A stretch of 64,000 nt of DNA from an uncultured Verrucomicrobiae bacterium (lineage in GTDB: Bacteria; Verrucomicrobiota; Verrucomicrobiia; Chthoniobacterales; JAFAMB01): assembly GCA_963789065.1 (NCBI GenBank), contig CAWBKA010000025.1:13211-77210 (forward strand). The letters are read 5' to 3'. Numbering within the stretch: the first letter of the stretch is position 1; every line of letters starts with the position of its first letter. Under the pieces are notes generated by a model that worked only from the letters and a program-made list of their open reading frames with translations, did not search any database and was not told the origin of the DNA. Shown piece after piece: positions 62,309 to 64,000 of the stretch. Position numbers and translations under genes: made by a program.

Positions 62309-63298
62309 ATGACCATCTCGACTGAGGCGATAACGGAGGAGGTGAACAGTAACGGCCAATGGGTGCACGCGGTTCAGAATGAAATTTCCCGGGTGATCGT
62401 CGGCCAGAAATATCTTATCGACCGGCTGCTCATCGGTTTGCTCGCTAACGGCCACGTTCTCCTGGAGGGGGTGCCCGGATTGGCCAAAACACTCGCGGTC
62501 AAAACGCTGGCCTCCTGCATCAAGACGAACTTTCGCCGCCTTCAATTCACCCCGGACCTGTTACCGGCCGATATCATAGGGACGATGATCTACAACCCGC
62601 GGGACGGTGAATTTCGGCCAAAACTTGGCCCGATATTTTCCAACCTCATTTTAGCGGATGAAATCAATCGAGCACCCGCGAAGGTGCAGAGCGCCTTGCT
62701 TGAAGCGATGCAGGAACGCAGCATTACCATTAGCGAAAAGACGTATCCGCTGGCGGATCCTTTTCTGGTCCTGGCTACGCAAAATCCGCTTGAGCACGAG
62801 GGCACCTATCAACTTCCGGAAGCTCAGTTGGATCGGTTCATGCTAAAGCTCAACATTGGTTATCCATCCAAGATCGAGGAACGCAAGATCCTGGACCTGA
62901 TGGGCACCTCAGCGCCAAATCTCTCGGTTGAAACGGTCACCTCACCAGAAGCAATCATCCGCTCGCGGGACATCGTAAATCGCATATTTATCGACGAACG
63001 GGTGAAAGATTACATCGTCGATATTGTCTGGGCGACTCGGCGTCCCAAGGATTACAACCTCGGCATGGACGGATTGATCAGGTACGGAGCCTCGCCGCGG
63101 GCAACGATTAATCTTACCCTGGCGGCTCGAGCCCACGCCTTCCTTAGCGGGAGAGGTTATGTGACCCCGCACGACATCAAATCCGTTGGGCCAGATGTCT
63201 TGCGGCACCGGGTGATCATCAGTTACGAAGCCGAGGCCGAAGAAGTCACCAGCGAGATCATTATTCAGAGAATTTTTTCCGGCCTGGCGGTCCCCTGA
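62309..63298 (+). CDS. moxR: MoxR-family AAA+ ATPase
   Basis: HVLLEGVPGLAKT, QFTPDLLP, ADEINR, ATQNPLEHEGT, LDRF, GASPR. Confidence 0.95.
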   Translation: MTISTEAITEEVNSNGQWVHAVQNEISRVIVGQKYLIDRLLIGLLANGHVLLEGVPGLAKTLAVKTLASCIKTNFRRLQFTPDLLPADIIGTMIYNPRDGEFRPKLGPIFSNLILADEINRAPAKVQSALLEAMQERSITISEKTYPLADPFLVLATQNPLEHEGTYQLPEAQLDRFMLKLNIGYPSKIEERKILDLMGTSAPNLSVETVTSPEAIIRSRDIVNRIFIDERVKDYIVDIVWATRRPKDYNLGMDGLIRYGASPRATINLTLAARAHAFLSGRGYVTPHDIKSVGPDVLRHRVIISYEAEAEEVTSEIIIQRIFSGLAVP

Positions 63299-63307
63299 CG
63301 TGAATCG

Positions 63308-64000
63308 ATGCAGTCCGTACCTGAGATACTAAAAAAAATCCGGAAGCTGGAACTCCGAGCTCGCCGTTTCGTGGAAACGGCTTTTGCCGGTCAGTATCAC
63401 AGTGTCTTTAAAGGGCGCGGAATGAATTTCCATGAGTTCCGTCAATACGATTTCGGCGACGAAGTTCGCTCGATAGACTGGAATGTCACAGCCCGAATGG
63501 GTGAGCCGTTTGTCCGGAAATATATCGAGGAACGGGAGCTGACAGTCATGCTCCTGATCGACGTGAGTGCATCGGGCAGCTACGGCAGCGTGAACGCCAG
63601 TAAGAGAGAACTGGCCGCGGAAGTCGCGTGCCTGCTGGCATTTTGCGCGATCCGAAACAACGACAATGTCGGTTTGATCCTATTCACGGATCGCGTGGAA
63701 CTCTACGTTGCGCCGAAAAAAGGGCGGACTCATATCCTGCGACTGATCCGCGAAATTCTCTACTACGAACCGGCTGGAAGGCGCACCGATCTGGCGGTAC
63801 CTCTGATTTTTCTGAATCGAGTGACCACCAGACGCGCCGTCGTTTTTCTCATCTCGGATTTCCAAGCGGTGAATTATGAGAAACCTTTAACCATCTGCAG
63901 CCGCCGCCACGATCTGATTGCCATTCCAATCGAAGACCGGGGCGAACATTCTTTGCCGGATATCGGCGTGGTCCGGGTTGAAGATCCTGAAAGCAACTCG
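63308..64000 (+). CDS. DUF58 protein (MoxR partner), runs off the window
   Basis: Manual translation: YHSVFKGRGMNF, RQYDFGDEVRSIDWNVTAR, EEREL, DVSASG. Confidence 0.9.
   Translation, partial: MQSVPEILKKIRKLELRARRFVETAFAGQYHSVFKGRGMNFHEFRQYDFGDEVRSIDWNVTARMGEPFVRKYIEERELTVMLLIDVSASGSYGSVNASKRELAAEVACLLAFCAIRNNDNVGLILFTDRVELYVAPKKGRTHILRLIREILYYEPAGRRTDLAVPLIFLNRVTTRRAVVFLISDFQAVNYEKPLTICSRRHDLIAIPIEDRGEHSLPDIGVVRVEDPESNS

Noticed and set aside
1-64000. tRNA or rRNA genes
   Set aside because: No cloverleaf with a T-loop consensus and no rRNA signature sequences were noticed by eye; tRNAscan-SE/Infernal would be decisive.

Overview
A 64-kb bacterial chromosomal segment, most likely Verrucomicrobiota (Chthoniobacterales-like). 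This is inferred from the DUF5069 gene, the rpmE-prfA-prmC-murA order and the repeat families. Many genes, including essential prmC, carry 1-nt frameshifts, so the sequence probably has long-read indel errors and most split genes are probably intact. Left to right: two oxidoreductases; a complete ISAzo13 element inserted in the tail of a truncated anaerobic sulfatase maturase; csoR-copA; a rare-sugar cluster (AlsBAC-like D-allose ABC transporter, two ketose 3-epimerases, FGGY kinase); a second oxidoreductase/epimerase/hydrolase operon; an FAD monooxygenase; two DUF4157 (eCIS-core) proteins with different zinc-protease C-termini next to a PAP2 phosphatase and a peptidoglycan amidase; a RAYT (HUH/Y1) transposase bracketed by 69-70-bp direct hairpin repeats; a scrambled IS21 remnant; a methyltransferase/glycosyltransferase surface-glycan cluster; modABC; a second RAYT; and housekeeping genes (murA, prmC, prfA, rpmE, pgeF-like, TolC/MarR, icd, AI-2E, MoxR/DUF58). 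Intergenic DNA holds at least six dispersed palindromic repeat families. Several are nested inside MITE-like units that have IS4-like terminal inverted repeats and sit within duplicated REP hairpins. No rRNA, tRNA or CRISPR array was seen.
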